Part shown: piece by piece, positions 41,968 through 59,600 of the stretch | Layout: each line of letters opens with the position of its first letter | Position numbering within the stretch: position 1 is the first letter of the stretch | Assembly (NCBI RefSeq): GCF_009914755.1 | Contig: NC_060941.1 | Source: the human T2T-CHM13v2.0 reference genome, Homo sapiens | Direction: 5' to 3' (one strand) | DNA length: 64,000 nt | Made by a program: the position numbers and the translations under genes | The notes under the pieces: generated by a model | Seen by the model: the letters and a program-made list of their open reading frames with translations, nothing else | The model's database searches: none | Told to the model about the DNA's origin: nothing

Positions 41968-43448
41968 CGCGCGGGAGGGAGACTGGCGGGCGAGACGAGT
42001 GAGGGGCAGCTAGAGGCGCCGCGGGCTTAAGAAGGGGCCACAGTCCCCGGGGATTGGGGAGGGGGCGGTGACAACTCCGCCCCGCACGGGGGCGCCTCCC
42101 CGCGGCCCTGGGGCGGGGCCACCCCTCGGGGTCTGTGGGACGCGCCTGCCCCCAATTCTGCCACCCGGCGGCGGTGGGAGGCGTCTTTGGACTCCAACGC
42201 TTCGGGCCAGCCCTCTAGGGGCAGCCTGGGCCCTAGCATCTCGCGCTGTCCAAGCCTCTCCTGCGCTGCCGAGGCAGAGGTGCGTCCCGGGGCTGCCAAG
42301 CGGGGCGTGTTTTGGTCACTGGTGCTGCCCGCTTTGGCGTAAGGCGCCCTCCCGCGTCCGCATCTGCTCTTTCCTGGGCTCTGAAGGGTCCCGGATGAAA
42401 CTCTCTGCAGGCCTCTGGGTCTCTCAGGTCTATCTCCCCGATCTCCCTCTCCTTTCCATCTCCTTACTTCCGCCCCTCCGGTGTCTCTCCGAGAGGTGTC
42501 CCCCCACGCCCCGCGCCCTCCGCACCGCGGGCCTCGCTTCCCGGTCCCCCCTGGCTTCCTCGCCACGTCCGCCCCACTCTAGGTGCAGGACCCCTTTTCC
42601 CCGCTCGCACTCTCCGGCCCGGAGCTCCTGGGCGATCGCACAGGGAAGCGAGGCCACTGTCCTCCTCTGTCCCAGGGGCTGTCGCGCTCCAGTGGACGCT
42701 GCACCCCGCAGACGCCCGGCGGGCAGATGCGGACACGCGTCTTGGAGGGGCCCCACCGAGCCTCAGCAGCCGCAGCTGCCCGCCCGACCCAGGTCAGAGG
42801 GAAACGGAGCTCTAGAGAGGAAGGGACACAACTAAGGCGACACTGAGACAGTCGCCCATGTATTCATTCAGCCCGCCAGGCAACAGACAGGTGCCGAGCA
42901 CCTCTTCTCCGCGAGGCCCTGTTTTGGGCACTGGAGACACACGGATGCAAAGACATCCCCACCTCTGTGATTTTCTTCTTTCCTCTCCTCTGCCTGCCTC
43001 TCATTCTGCAGCTTCCTTTTGGGGAGTCTCATCCATGCTGGTGGCCTAACCACAGCCGGCTCCTTAGTGATTACCATCCTCTGCCTTCAACCCAGCCATG
43101 ATGCCAGAGTCCCAGATGTCCAGCCTTCCGCAGACTGGACGTGTCTCGGCCCGAAAATTCAACACATCCTGAATCAAGCTCATGAGTTCCTTCCTGTGAC
43201 CTGCACCCAAGGACATGCATTCTCCCAAGCCCCTCCTGCAATTGCCTCCCTCCTGTCCTTTTCCCTTTGTAACTCTCATGCATATAGCCCTGGGTTTTCC
43301 CGCCTTTCCTGTGTCCCCAGGGCACTTAGCACAATTTGTACCTCTTATATTTATTGGTGTAATTTTTACTTTTTACTTTTTTATTTTTTAAGTGTTATTT
43401 CATTTTTAATTGACAAATCATTGTCTATATTTACGGGGTACCATGTGA

Positions 43449-43873
<425 letters not shown>

Positions 43874-44056
43874 TAAAATATCTTGTAGCTATTTTAAAAT
43901 ATATGACACATTATTATGATGTAATTTCTATTTACTGTCTGTTTTATTCATCACCACCTGTCCAGCTAGTGCCTTTCTCAGTGCCTAATCCAGGATGTGC
44001 ACTCAAACCTTTTTCTCCGGGATGCATGAATGAGAGCAAGTAAACAACTTCAGTTC

Positions 44057-44693
44057 TTTTTTCTTTTCTTTTTTTTTAATTTTACTTTAAGTTCTGGGAT
44101 ACATGTGCAGAATGTGCAGGTTTGTTACATAGGTATACATGTGCCATGGTGGTTTGCTGCAGCTATCAACCGGACATTTAGGTTTTAAGACCCACATGCA
44201 TTAGGTATTTGTCCTAATGCTCTCCCTCCCCTTGCCCTCCAACCCCCTGACAGGCCCCCGTGTGTGATGTTCCCCTCCCTGTGTCAATGCGTTCTCACTG
44301 TTCAACTCCCACTTATGACTGAGAACATGTGGTGTTTGGTTTTCTGTTCCTGTGTTAGTTTGCTGAGAATGATGGCTTCCAGCTTCATCCATGTCCCTGC
44401 AAAGGACATGACCTCATTATTTTTAATGGCTGCATAGTATTCCATGGTATGTATGTGCCACATTTTCTTTATCCAGTCTATCATTGATGGACATTTGGGT
44501 TGGTTTTAAGTCTTTGCTATTGTAAATAGTGTGCATGTGTCTTTATAGCAGCATGATTTATAATCCTTTGGGTATATACCCAGTAATAAAATTGCTGGGT
44601 CAAATGATATTTCTGGTTCTAGATCCTTGAGGAATCGCCACAGTGTCTTCCACAATGGTTGAACTAATTTACACTCCCACCAACAATGTAAAA
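44057..44693 (-). mobile_element. L1PA 3'-end fragment
   Basis: tactttaagttctgggatacatgtgcag 3'UTR; ORF2 C-terminal peptides ([33 protein letters not shown]). Confidence 0.95.
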
Positions 44694-45050
44694 GTACAAC
44701 TTCTGTTCTTAATACAACTGCTTCCAAAGGGATTCACCAGAGCATGGACTCTGAGGCTAGAGTTCCTGGGCTTATATCTTGCCCTAGCTCATCCTGGCTG
44801 TGTGCCTCAGACAAGTTGCTCTCTATGAGCTTATCCTGTCATAAATGGAGATAATAGCACCAACTTTGATTTTAAATGGCTGTTTTGGAGATTATATGAG
44901 TTCATGGTCAGAGCTTAACTCAGTGCGTTGGCATATAGTCAGCTGTTAGTAAATATCCATTCTTGCAATTGTATGCAAAATACCCTGGTTGGTGAGGCCT
45001 TAAGAGAAGGATCCACCAACTCTGCCTAAGTAATGAAGGAAGGTTTCACA

Positions 45051-45157
45051 GAGGAGGTGGCAGAGCTTGCAGTGAGCCATGATCGCACCACTGCACTCCA
45101 GCCTGGGTGACAGAGCCAGACTCCGTCCCCCTGCAAAAAAAAAAAAAAAAAAAAAAA
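45051..45157 (+). mobile_element. Alu right-arm 3' fragment with A-tail
   Basis: gcagagcttgcagtgagcc...polyA. Confidence 0.85.
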
Positions 45158-45740
45158 CTTAATGGCTAAGTAATAATTTGCCAGGCAGCAGTGGAGGATA
45201 GTCAAAGTTAGCACCAAATGAAAAAGAATATTAAGATTGTTAAGAAAAATTCCAAGGCCAAAGTGCTACAACAACAACAAGCTAAATAAATGGAGAGATT
45301 ATACCAAGTTCACGGATAGGGAGACCACACATTGTAGGACTATCCATTTCTCTCAAATTAACCTATAAATTCAATTCAATTCCAATTAAAATCCCAACAG
45401 GATTTTTAGTTAACAAGCCTAAAATTCAGGTAGAATAGCAGGTAAGCCAAGAATAATTACGACACTTCTGGAAAAACACGGGGGAAATTGCCATTTAGAC
45501 TTCAAGAATGACTAACTTGTAATAGTTGATGTAATCATTAACTATTGACATGAGGTTAGAAAAAGAGTAGAATAGAGCCTAGAAATAGACCCATGGTTGC
45601 ATGGAAACTTTATTTACAACAGAGATTGAGTGATCTATCCAAAGTGTACTCTCAGTTGCTGGATCAATTAGTTTTTAGCAATATAGACATTTTTCTTTCA
45701 CTAAGTATGCTAAATACATGTAGGAGAAGTTTGAGCATAA

Positions 45741-46077
<337 letters not shown>

Positions 46078-46372
46078 TATTTCCGATTTTTTAATTTATG
46101 AGTCTTATTTAATTATTCCCAAGAGCTGAACATGAGTTCAATTTATGCACACAGATTTTTTTACGAAAGAAAAGCCCTGCCTGTTGTCATACTTCTACTT
46201 CACAGATAACTTAAAATTTTAGCCACATATTTCATTGCACTATAAAAAATGAAGTAATGAAAAAGAAAGTGCATCCGAATTTAGATCTTGTATTGGTAAC
46301 TTACCATAAAATGCATAAAGTATATTAGATCACGATAATTTTGTCTTGATGTGGCTACTTTTAGTAACCTAT

Positions 46373-46816
46373 TAAGGGAGGAGACCACCCCTCATATTGT
46401 CTTATGCCCAATTTCTGCCTCCAAAGAAAGAAGTAAAAACTAAAAGGCAGAAATGAAATCCACAGGCAGACATACCAGCGCCATGCCCTGGGCCTGGTAG
46501 TTAAAGATCCACCCCTGACCTAACCGGTTATGTTGTCTATAGATTCCAGGGATTGTAAAAATCCCTGTCCTGTTCTGTTTTGTTCTGATTACCGGTGCAT
46601 GCAGCCCCCAGTCACATACCCCCTGCTTGCTCAATCGATCACGACCCTCTCACGCGCACCCCCTTAGAGCTGTGAGCCCTTAAGAGGGACAGGAATTGCT
46701 CACTCGGGGAGCTCGGCTCTTGAGACAGGAGTCTTGCCAATGCTCCTGGCCGAATAAACCCCTTCCTTCTTTAACTCGGTGTCTGAGGTGTTTTGTCTGC
46801 GGCTTGTCCGGCTACA
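46373..46816 (+). mobile_element. Solo LTR2-family (HERV-E) LTR
   Basis: Starts TAAGGGAGGAGACCACCCCTCATATTGTC, ends GCTACA; AATAAA at 46753; 4-bp TSD CTAT. Confidence 0.9.
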
Positions 46817-47201
46817 CTATTGTCAGATTGTCTTCTGAATTTCTCAGGTCTTACAACAGTATTTCTAAAAATATAAATCCAAACATTAGAATATACTTCT
46901 CGAACACAAAAATAAATTATTCCCTAACTTACAGTATGTTACTGATCTACATAAAACTATTTGGGAATATTTAGTTATAATGGTACATAGTATGTAACTG
47001 TGTGATGCAACTTTTTTCCCCACTTGAGAATCATTTAATACAATTTTAATCTTAAAACTGAGAGAGTAAAAACCTACTTTTTGGTATAGAAATTCTAAAA
47101 TGTGGCGTGTTACATCCATTTGACCTCAGGTTCCCTTTGCAGTTATTGGAGAAATGGTAGATGGCAACCCTCTGTACTATTTTGTAACACCTGATGAGTG
47201 A

Positions 47202-47615
<414 letters not shown>

Positions 47616-47666
47616 CCAGCTCACATTTTATGGCTGATATTGGTAGCTAAGAAAATTGTGATACTA

Positions 47667-47892
47667 GGCTAGGCACTGTGGCTCGTGCCTGTAATCCCAG
47701 CACTTTGGGAGGCCAAGGCAGGCGGATCGCTTGAGTTCAGGAGTTCGAGACCAGCCTGGGCATCATGATGAGACCCCCATCTCTACTAAAAATACAAAAA
47801 CTTAACCAGGTGTGGTGGGAGGGTCGCTTCAGCCCAGTGGGTGGAGGTCGCAGTGAGCTGTGATGGCTCATTGTGATGAGATCGCGACATGC
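47667..47892 (+). mobile_element. Degenerate, truncated Alu (J-like)
   Basis: Left arm plus deleted right arm; no A-tail. Confidence 0.85.
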
Positions 47893-48169
47893 AGACAAGC
47901 CAAGAAGTGCAGCAGGTGACTAGGATTTTCTTAGATTTTGGATGCTTTCATTTGAATCTTACTTATTTAAACTCACTTAAGTAAGTAAGTTTATTTACAC
48001 TTACTTGGGCATGGTATGTGAGTATTTCTATGGACAGAGCTGCTCCATTGGTCAATAGAGTAGGCTTATCAGGTTTTTTTCCCCACATTTTAACTTGGGA
48101 ACACTGTTTTATTTGTAAACAAGCTTTGATTGCTAAAAAAGGCAGGTCCTGGATGTTGTCAATAGAAGA

Positions 48170-48588
48170 GAGTATTGGTCAGCGTTCCCTGGGGTAGACT
48201 TACAGCTACTATATTTATGGGGGTGCTGCAAGTCAGCTGGGAGCCTGTGGTTTGGCAACTCTGCTCCAGGCTGTAGGGAAATGGTGGGGGGGGGCTCCAT
48301 AGTCTTCTCGTTCTGTACTGTGGAGGGGCTTCACCCAGATTGAGGAAGCAGAGGCTCTTGGGGACATGTTCTCATGACAGGAGCCAAGAATGCTGGTGGG
48401 AATTTGCAGTACCTCTAAAATCTTCTGCTCAGGGACAGCATGTTCACCTCTTTCACCTTCTACTAGCCAATGCAAGTCTCATGTCCAAGTCCAAAATCAA
48501 TGGAGTGGGGGAAATATACTCTGTCTACAGGGAGGGGTGGCAAACGTGGGGAGAATTAATAATTGTGAACAAATAATATAATCTACCA
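48170..48588 (-). mobile_element. MaLR LTR (MLT1H-like)
   Basis: gccaatgcaagtctcatgtccaagtccaaaatcaatggagtggggg...aatataatctaccac. Confidence 0.65.
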
Positions 48589-49029
48589 CCCACAGTAAAT
48601 ATTATTAAGTCCAGGGCAAGACACTTGTATCTCTCTCTTTAAAGTGTGTGAAAATGGTACCAACTTATGTGAGTTTGAAGAGCTCAGTTCTATGAGTTAT
48701 ATACATTCGAAGATGGTTGTCACAGGGATGATAACATACATATTCAAATTGGAAAATGAAATCAGACTCTTTTTTGGGGCAGGAATTAAGTCTGATTCAG
48801 ATATTTAATTTGACAGTAAAGACTAACTTTGCCAATTAGGGTTTACAGAGGATGCTTCCCATAACCAGCTGAGCTAAATTTGTAGCTCCAAGGTTTTGAT
48901 GAAAGTACATTTAAAACACATACTACCAGAAAATCATTTTTCTATTATGTTGGCGAAGGTGTGTTGAAGTTAACATTTTTATTACCCAAGATCTTTCTGA
49001 CTATACTGGGTCTTAAAAGATGCTTCTCA

Positions 49030-49140
49030 AGAGGATCCGTTGAACCCAGGAGTTCAAGGGTACAGTGAGCTATGATCACGCCACTGCTCTTCAGCCTGGG
49101 AGACAGAGCAAGACCCTGTCTCTAAAAAAAAGAAACAAAA
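49030..49140 (+). mobile_element. Alu monomer (FRAM/AluJ 3' part)
   Basis: gaacccaggagttcaagg...gaccctgtctctaaaaaaa. Confidence 0.85.
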
Positions 49141-49829
49141 GGAATGTAGTGATAAATAAACACCAAATTTAGTTTAGCTTTAATCTGTGGGCAGGGGAGG
49201 GCATGCGATTAAAGAGTGACACTTCAGCTGTATCTGAAGTGTTTTATTATTTGTAACTGGCTATGATACAGAGATGTTTATCATATTATCCTTTATTATT
49301 TTAAAAATATTTTAAAGATGGCACAATAAATATTTCTAACATTTTAAAAGGTGCCCACATGCATTTAATACTAGAAATGTATTCATGAGGTGCAAGGTAT
49401 AAGATAAAGAAAAAAAAGTATTTCCGACAAAATAAGGAGAGCTGATGTCCCGCATACTGAAAATGTAGTCCCCTCCTACACGATCCTTTTTTTCTGGAAG
49501 CAGAGGTTGTTACGTTAGAGAGAGAGAGCAGCCCAGGAAGAAAAGGCTGTACTGTGTGTTTTTCACTTAGGCAAATTTCTTTTTATCACTGTGTATATAA
49601 ATGACATCTGAATTAAAATGCAAACTTTGATCTCTTTCCAAATTGATGCTGGGTCCAAAGTTGTGTGTCACTGTAGTACTAGTAGCCTTGAATCCACAGT
49701 TTCCTTTGGGCTGAGTGAGGTTTCACATTTTCCCCTTCACTCTATTCAGTTCCTTTTTTTTGCTGAATGGCATGCAAATCTTAAGTCCTTTTTCCCCCCT
49801 CCAGAGGCATTCAGCAATAGAAAAGATGA

Positions 49830-50164
<335 letters not shown>

Positions 50165-50379
50165 GACAAATGTGTACATTTTTATGGCACATTGCATATC
50201 ATTGTTAAAGATGCCATATAAAGTTTACCCTCTGAATTAAATTAGACGAAGATTTCTTTTTTAAAGAAAATTGTCAGAATCCCAAATAAGACATCTGTGT
50301 TGGGAATGGAAGGAGAGGATTAGTGTGAGATATTTCAGAAAAAGACTCTGTGGGACAAATTTTTCCTCTCTACTTGGAA

Positions 50380-51700
<1,321 letters not shown>

Positions 51701-51714
51701 AAAATGGTCATGTG

Positions 51715-52772
<1,058 letters not shown>

Positions 52773-52986
52773 ATGTGATCTGGCTTCCTGCTACCTCTGT
52801 CCTCTCCTCCTACCTCTCCCTGCCTCACTCACTCTACCTGAACTGCTCCTCCTTGCTCTGGAGCACGCCATGCCTGCTCCCACCTCAGGACCTTTGCAAA
52901 TGCTGTCCCTTCATCCTGCAATGCTGTCCTCACAGATATCCACACCGCTGGCTCCCTTACTTCTTTCAGATCTCTAAATAGTCTCA

Positions 52987-54497
<1,511 letters not shown>

Positions 54498-55162
54498 CAG
54501 AGGAAACCTTTTCTGCTCATCCCACACAAGTAGCAATCTCAAGCATAATTCACAACTGCCTTCCATGCTTTGTTTATTTTCACCACCTGATAGAGCCAAA
54601 CTATTTTGTTTGAATCTTCTCTCCCCTAATAGAAGATAAGCTCTATTAGAGCAGAGACCGTCTGTTCTGTTCAATGCCATAGCACCCATCACCTGGAATT
54701 TTCTCTTCCATGGTAGGTGCTCAACAAACACTTGTTGAAGAAATGAAGGTGGGAAGAAGAGGGACAAGCTGGTGTGACTTCCAGGTTTCTGGCTTGGGTG
54801 GTGGGAGGCTGGTGATGTCATTTACTAAGATAGGGATATATCAGAGGAATGGAGGTGAGTGGAGGTGGGGAGGGCAAGCTGGTGAAGTTTTATTTTTGCC
54901 TGGTTGGATTGGAGTCACCTGCTGTCTGGAAGGCAGATAAGTAATTTAGATTTCACGAGAGTGGTCCTGCTGGAAATGGAGAGTTGGAAGTCATCTGACA
55001 ATGATTTCCCCAGAGAGAAGATTTTACCCTGAAAAAAAGGAAAGGGCTCTGCCAGAACCCTGGGAGACACCTACCTTTAGCAAATGGAAGGAGGAAAAGA
55101 TGCTGATGGAGAGGACAAAAAAGGTGCGCCAATGGAAGAAGGAGGAAAACAAAGGCAGAGGA

Positions 55163-55285
55163 AACCAATGGAAATCAAGGATTGGAAGGGATTCAGGAAA
55201 GAGAACCAATGGAAATCAAGGATTCAAAGGGATTCAGGAAGGAGAACCAATGGAAATCAAGGATTCAAAGGGATTCAGGGAGGAG
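55163..55285 (+). repeat. 41-bp tandem repeat x3
   Basis: Unit aaccaatggaaatcaaggattcaaagggattcaggaaggag starting at 55163, 55204 and 55245. Confidence 0.93.
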
Positions 55286-56074
55286 GGAGGGGCCTACAGT
55301 GCTGACTGTTGAGTGCATGAGGACTGGGCAACAAGGTCATTGCAGATGGAGTGGAGTTCAGTAACAGTGGAGGCAAAAGCCAGGTTGAAGCAGAGTAGGG
55401 AGAGAATGGGAAGCGATGCAAAGCAACACCAGCAAGATTAGATGGCTCCTTCCAGAAGTTTGACTGTGAGGAGAAAAGAAAAGCGAGGTGTACTTGAAAG
55501 GACTAAAGGGTCAAAGGAGATTTTCTGTTTGTTTATTTGCTTTTTTAATGGGAGAGACATGCACAAATTTATATGTGGGGGTGAGAGGAGAGAAGAGGCT
55601 TTAGGAAGTAAAGAAAAAGAAAGAAGAAGTAGGAATGGGAATGCTATGAAAGAAAGCTATGGAGGGCTGAATAGAATTGCCTTTGATGGGAAGAAGGAGC
55701 TTGGGTAGGGATGAGTGAGAATGCACAGGTGCAGGTATCAGGGAAGATAGAGCTATATCAGTAAATAAAGCCAAAATGAAAGCAGAAAAAGCTATGCGTG
55801 TTACCACAAAGCTAGTGATGGGAAACTGGGACCTCTGCTGATGTTATACTCAGATAATCCCAAAGCCTCCAGGACTGGGCTGGCCAACAGAAAGAAGAAG
55901 GAAGCCCAGACTCCACCTTCCCTCTTTCTTAGAAATCTCTTGCAATGCATCTGATTGTCAAAATGCGAATCACAGCTGAAGCCCTAGCTGCAAAGAAAAC
56001 TGCAATGTAGGAAAGTACACAGGAGGAGGGTAGAGTGGATGTTGAGTCCCAGTGTTCCATATCCAGCCGTCCAT

Positions 56075-56440
56075 GTTTTATATATATATACACACACATA
56101 CATATATATATATATATACAAATATATATTATAATGCATTTTTACATAAAATATAAAATTATAAAACAATGTATAAAATATATAAATATAAAATTCTAAT
56201 AATATATTTTAAATTTAAATATATGAAGATATTTTTACATGTACAATTATTATGCATTATATGTTATATATATACACATATTTTTTTTTTTGAGAGACAA
56301 GGTCTCACTCTGTCACCCAGGCTGTAGTACTGTAATGTGGTCATAGCTCACTGCAGCCTTGAACTCCTGGGCTCAAGCAATCCTCTCATCTTGGCCTCCC
56401 AAAGTGCTGAGATTGCAGGTGTGAGCCACCATGTCAGGTC
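56075..56440 (-). repeat. AT-rich/(TA)n low complexity followed by a FLAM/AluJ monomer (56281-56440)
   Basis: Direct reading. Confidence 0.85.
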
Positions 56441-56630
56441 TATATTTATTTTTTATATGTAAATGTAATGTATTTAGACATATATCATCTTTACTGAGAT
56501 ATAATTCACATCTCATACAATTTACCCATTTAAAGTATACAATCAATGGTTTTTAGTGTATTGACAGAATTGTGCAACCATCATCATGATCAATCTTAGA
56601 ACATTTTTATCACCCCAAAAAGAAATCCTG

Positions 56631-59600
56631 GAGGTGGAGCAAGATGGCCAGATAGAAGCCTCCACCAATTGTCCTCCCTCCTGCTGCCTTCTGGACAGCA
56701 GGCGACTCCAATTCAACCAGTCAAAAATGATATAGGTTCTGCTATATCATTTTGAGTTCTGGTTTCTACCTCCACGGCTACTGAACTCCACTCCATCTGC
56801 AATGACCTTGTTGCTCTGTCCTCATGCTCTTGACAGGAGGTGGTGCAAGATGGCCGAATAGAAGCCTCAACTGTCTACACACAAAAAAGCACCATTGTAA
56901 GAACCAAAAATCAGGTGAGTGATCACAGAACTTGGTTTTAACTTTATATCGCTGAAAGAGGCACTGCAGAGGGTAGGAAAGACAGTCTCAAGTTGTTGCC
57001 ATCCCTTCCCCATCCCTGGCAGTGGTCATGTGGTACAGAGAATTTGTGCATTTCAGAGAGGGAGAGTAGAGTGATTGTGGGACTTTGCATCGGAACTCGG
57101 TGCTGCCTTATCACAGCAGAAAGCAACACTGGGCAGAACTCAGCCAACGCCCACAGAGGAGCATTTAGACCACCCCTAGCCAAAGGGGAATCATCCATCC
57201 TGGCGGCTGGAAGCTGAGTTCTGGCGAGCCTCACCACTGCAGGCTGAAGTGCTCTGGGGTCCCAAATAAACTTGAAAGTCAGTCTAGGCCACAAGGACTG
57301 CAACTCCTAGGCAAGTTCTGGTGCTATGCTAGGCTCAGAGTCAGTGTCTTACTAGGGCATGAACCTTGTGAGATACCAGCCAGGGTGGCCAAGGGAGTGC
57401 TTGTGCTACTCTTCCTCCAACCCCAGGCAGTGCAGCTCATAACTCCAAGAGAGACTCCTTCCTTCTGTTTGAGAAGAGGAGAAAGAAGAGTAAAGAGGGC
57501 TTTGTCTTGAATACCAGCTCAGCTACAGTAGGATAGGGCACTGGGCAGAGTCCTGAGGCCTGATGCCAGGCCCTAGGTCCTGGATGACATTTCTAGACAT
57601 GCCTTGGGCCAGAAGAGAACCCACTGCCTCGAAGGGAAGGACCCAATCCTGGCAGAATTCGTCATCTGCTGACTAAAGAGCACTTGAGCCCTGAATAATT
57701 AACAGTGGTAGCCAGGTAGTACACACCATGGGCCTTGGATGAGACTGTAAGATGTGCTGGCTTCTGGTGTGACACAGCACATTACCAGCTATAGTGGCTA
57801 TGGAGAGAGATCCCTTCTGCTTTTCTAAAGCAGAGTAAAATGGACTTTGTCTTACAGCATAGGTACCACCTCAGCCATGGTAGAGTAGAGCACCAAGCAG
57901 GCACTTATGGTTCCTGATCCCAGGCTACGCCCTTAGATGGCATTTCTGGACCTGCCCTGGGCCAGAAGGGAGCCCACCGCCCTGAAGAGTGAGACCCAGG
58001 CCTGGTAGCATTCACCACAAGCAGGCTGAAGAGCCCTTGGGCCTTGAGTGAACATTGGTGGTATCCTAGCAGTACCCCACCTTTGACCCTGTGGGCCTGT
58101 GGTGGTGGTGGCCATGGGGAGAGACTCCTCTGCTTGTGGAAAGGGAAAGAAAGAGTGGGGAAGATTTTGACATGGGGCTTGGGTGTCAGTTCAGCAGCAG
58201 TACAACACCAGGCAAATTCCTAAAATTTCTGACTCCAGGTACTGGCTTCTAGATAGCATCTCTGGACCTCCCCAGGGCTGGGAGAACTTGCTGTCCTGAA
58301 AGGAAAGACATGAGTCTGGCTAGCTTTACTACTTACTAATTGCACGGCTCTAGGGCCTTGAGCGAACATAGGTGGTATCCAGATAGTGGTCACAGTGGGC
58401 CTTGACGAGACCCAGGGCTAGGCTGGCTTCAGGTCTAACCAAGTGCAATTCCAGTGGCGGAGACAACAGAGGTGCTTGTGTCACTCCTGCCCCAGCTGCA
58501 GGCAGATCAGCAAAGAGAGATAAGCTCTTTATTTGGGAAAAAGTAAGGGAAGAGAGCAAGAGCCTCTGCCTAGTAACCCAGAGAATTCTTTCAGATCTCA
58601 TCAAAGACCACAAGGCAGATCAATTCTGCTATTAAGAGAGTCTGATGCTTTCTTGAGTATGACAGATACATTTTTCAACTCCAGAATTTCTGCTTGATTC
58701 TTTTTAATTGTTTAAATCTCTTTGTTAGATGTATCTGATAAAATTCTAAATTCCTTCTTTGTGTTATCTTAAATTTCATTGAGTTTCCTCAAAACAGCTA
58801 TTTTGGGGCACATGTTCTCAGGACCTCCTGAAGGCTGTGTCATGGAAAAAAAAACCCCAGCTATTTTGAATTATCTGTCTGAAAGGTCACATATTTCTGT
58901 ATCTCTGGGATTGGCCCCTGGTTCCTTATTTAGTTCATTTGGTGAGGTCACATTTTCCCAGATGTTCTTGATGCTTATAAACGTTCATTGGTGTCTCGGC
59001 ATTGAAGAATTAGGTATTTATTGTAGCCTTTGCAGTCAGAGCTTGTTTGTACCCATACTTCTTGGGTAGGCTTTCCAAGAATTTGGAGGGACTTGGGTTT
59101 TCTGATCTAAAATTTTGGTCACCGCAACTGTATCTGCACTTGAGGCATCCCAAGCCCAGTAACACTGTGGCTTTTGCAGGATTGGCCAAGCAGAAGAAAA
59201 AATCAGTGAGTTTGAAGACAGGCTATCTGAAAATTCATAGTTGAAGGAGTCAACAGACAAAAGAATGAAGCACACCTACAAGAATTAGAAAATAGGCTCA
59301 AAAGGGCAAATCTATGAGTTATTGGTGTTAAAGAGGAGGTAGAGGTAGAAAGTTTATTCAAAAGGATAATAACAGAGAACTTCCCAAACATAGAGAAAGA
59401 TATCAATATTCAAGTACAGTAAGGTTATAGAAAAACCAAGCAGATTTAACCCACAAAAAAGACTACCTCTAGGCATTTAATAGTCAAACTCCCAAAGGTC
59501 AAGGGTAAAGAAAGGATCCTAAAAACAGCAAGAGAAAAAACACAAATAACATACAATGGAGCCGCAATACATCTGGCAGCAGACTTTTCAGTGGGAACCT

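Noticed and set aside
42027-42846. Arg/Pro/Gly-rich ORFs up to 255 aa
   Set aside because: Expected stop-codon scarcity in a CpG island
55163-55285. Regularly spaced repeats as a CRISPR-like array
   Set aside because: Head-to-tail units without unique spacers, in mammalian DNA with no cas genes
56715-56764. Hairpin as a pre-miRNA
   Set aside because: Stem is only ~20 bp and AT-rich; better explained as snap-back synthesis at a rearrangement junction
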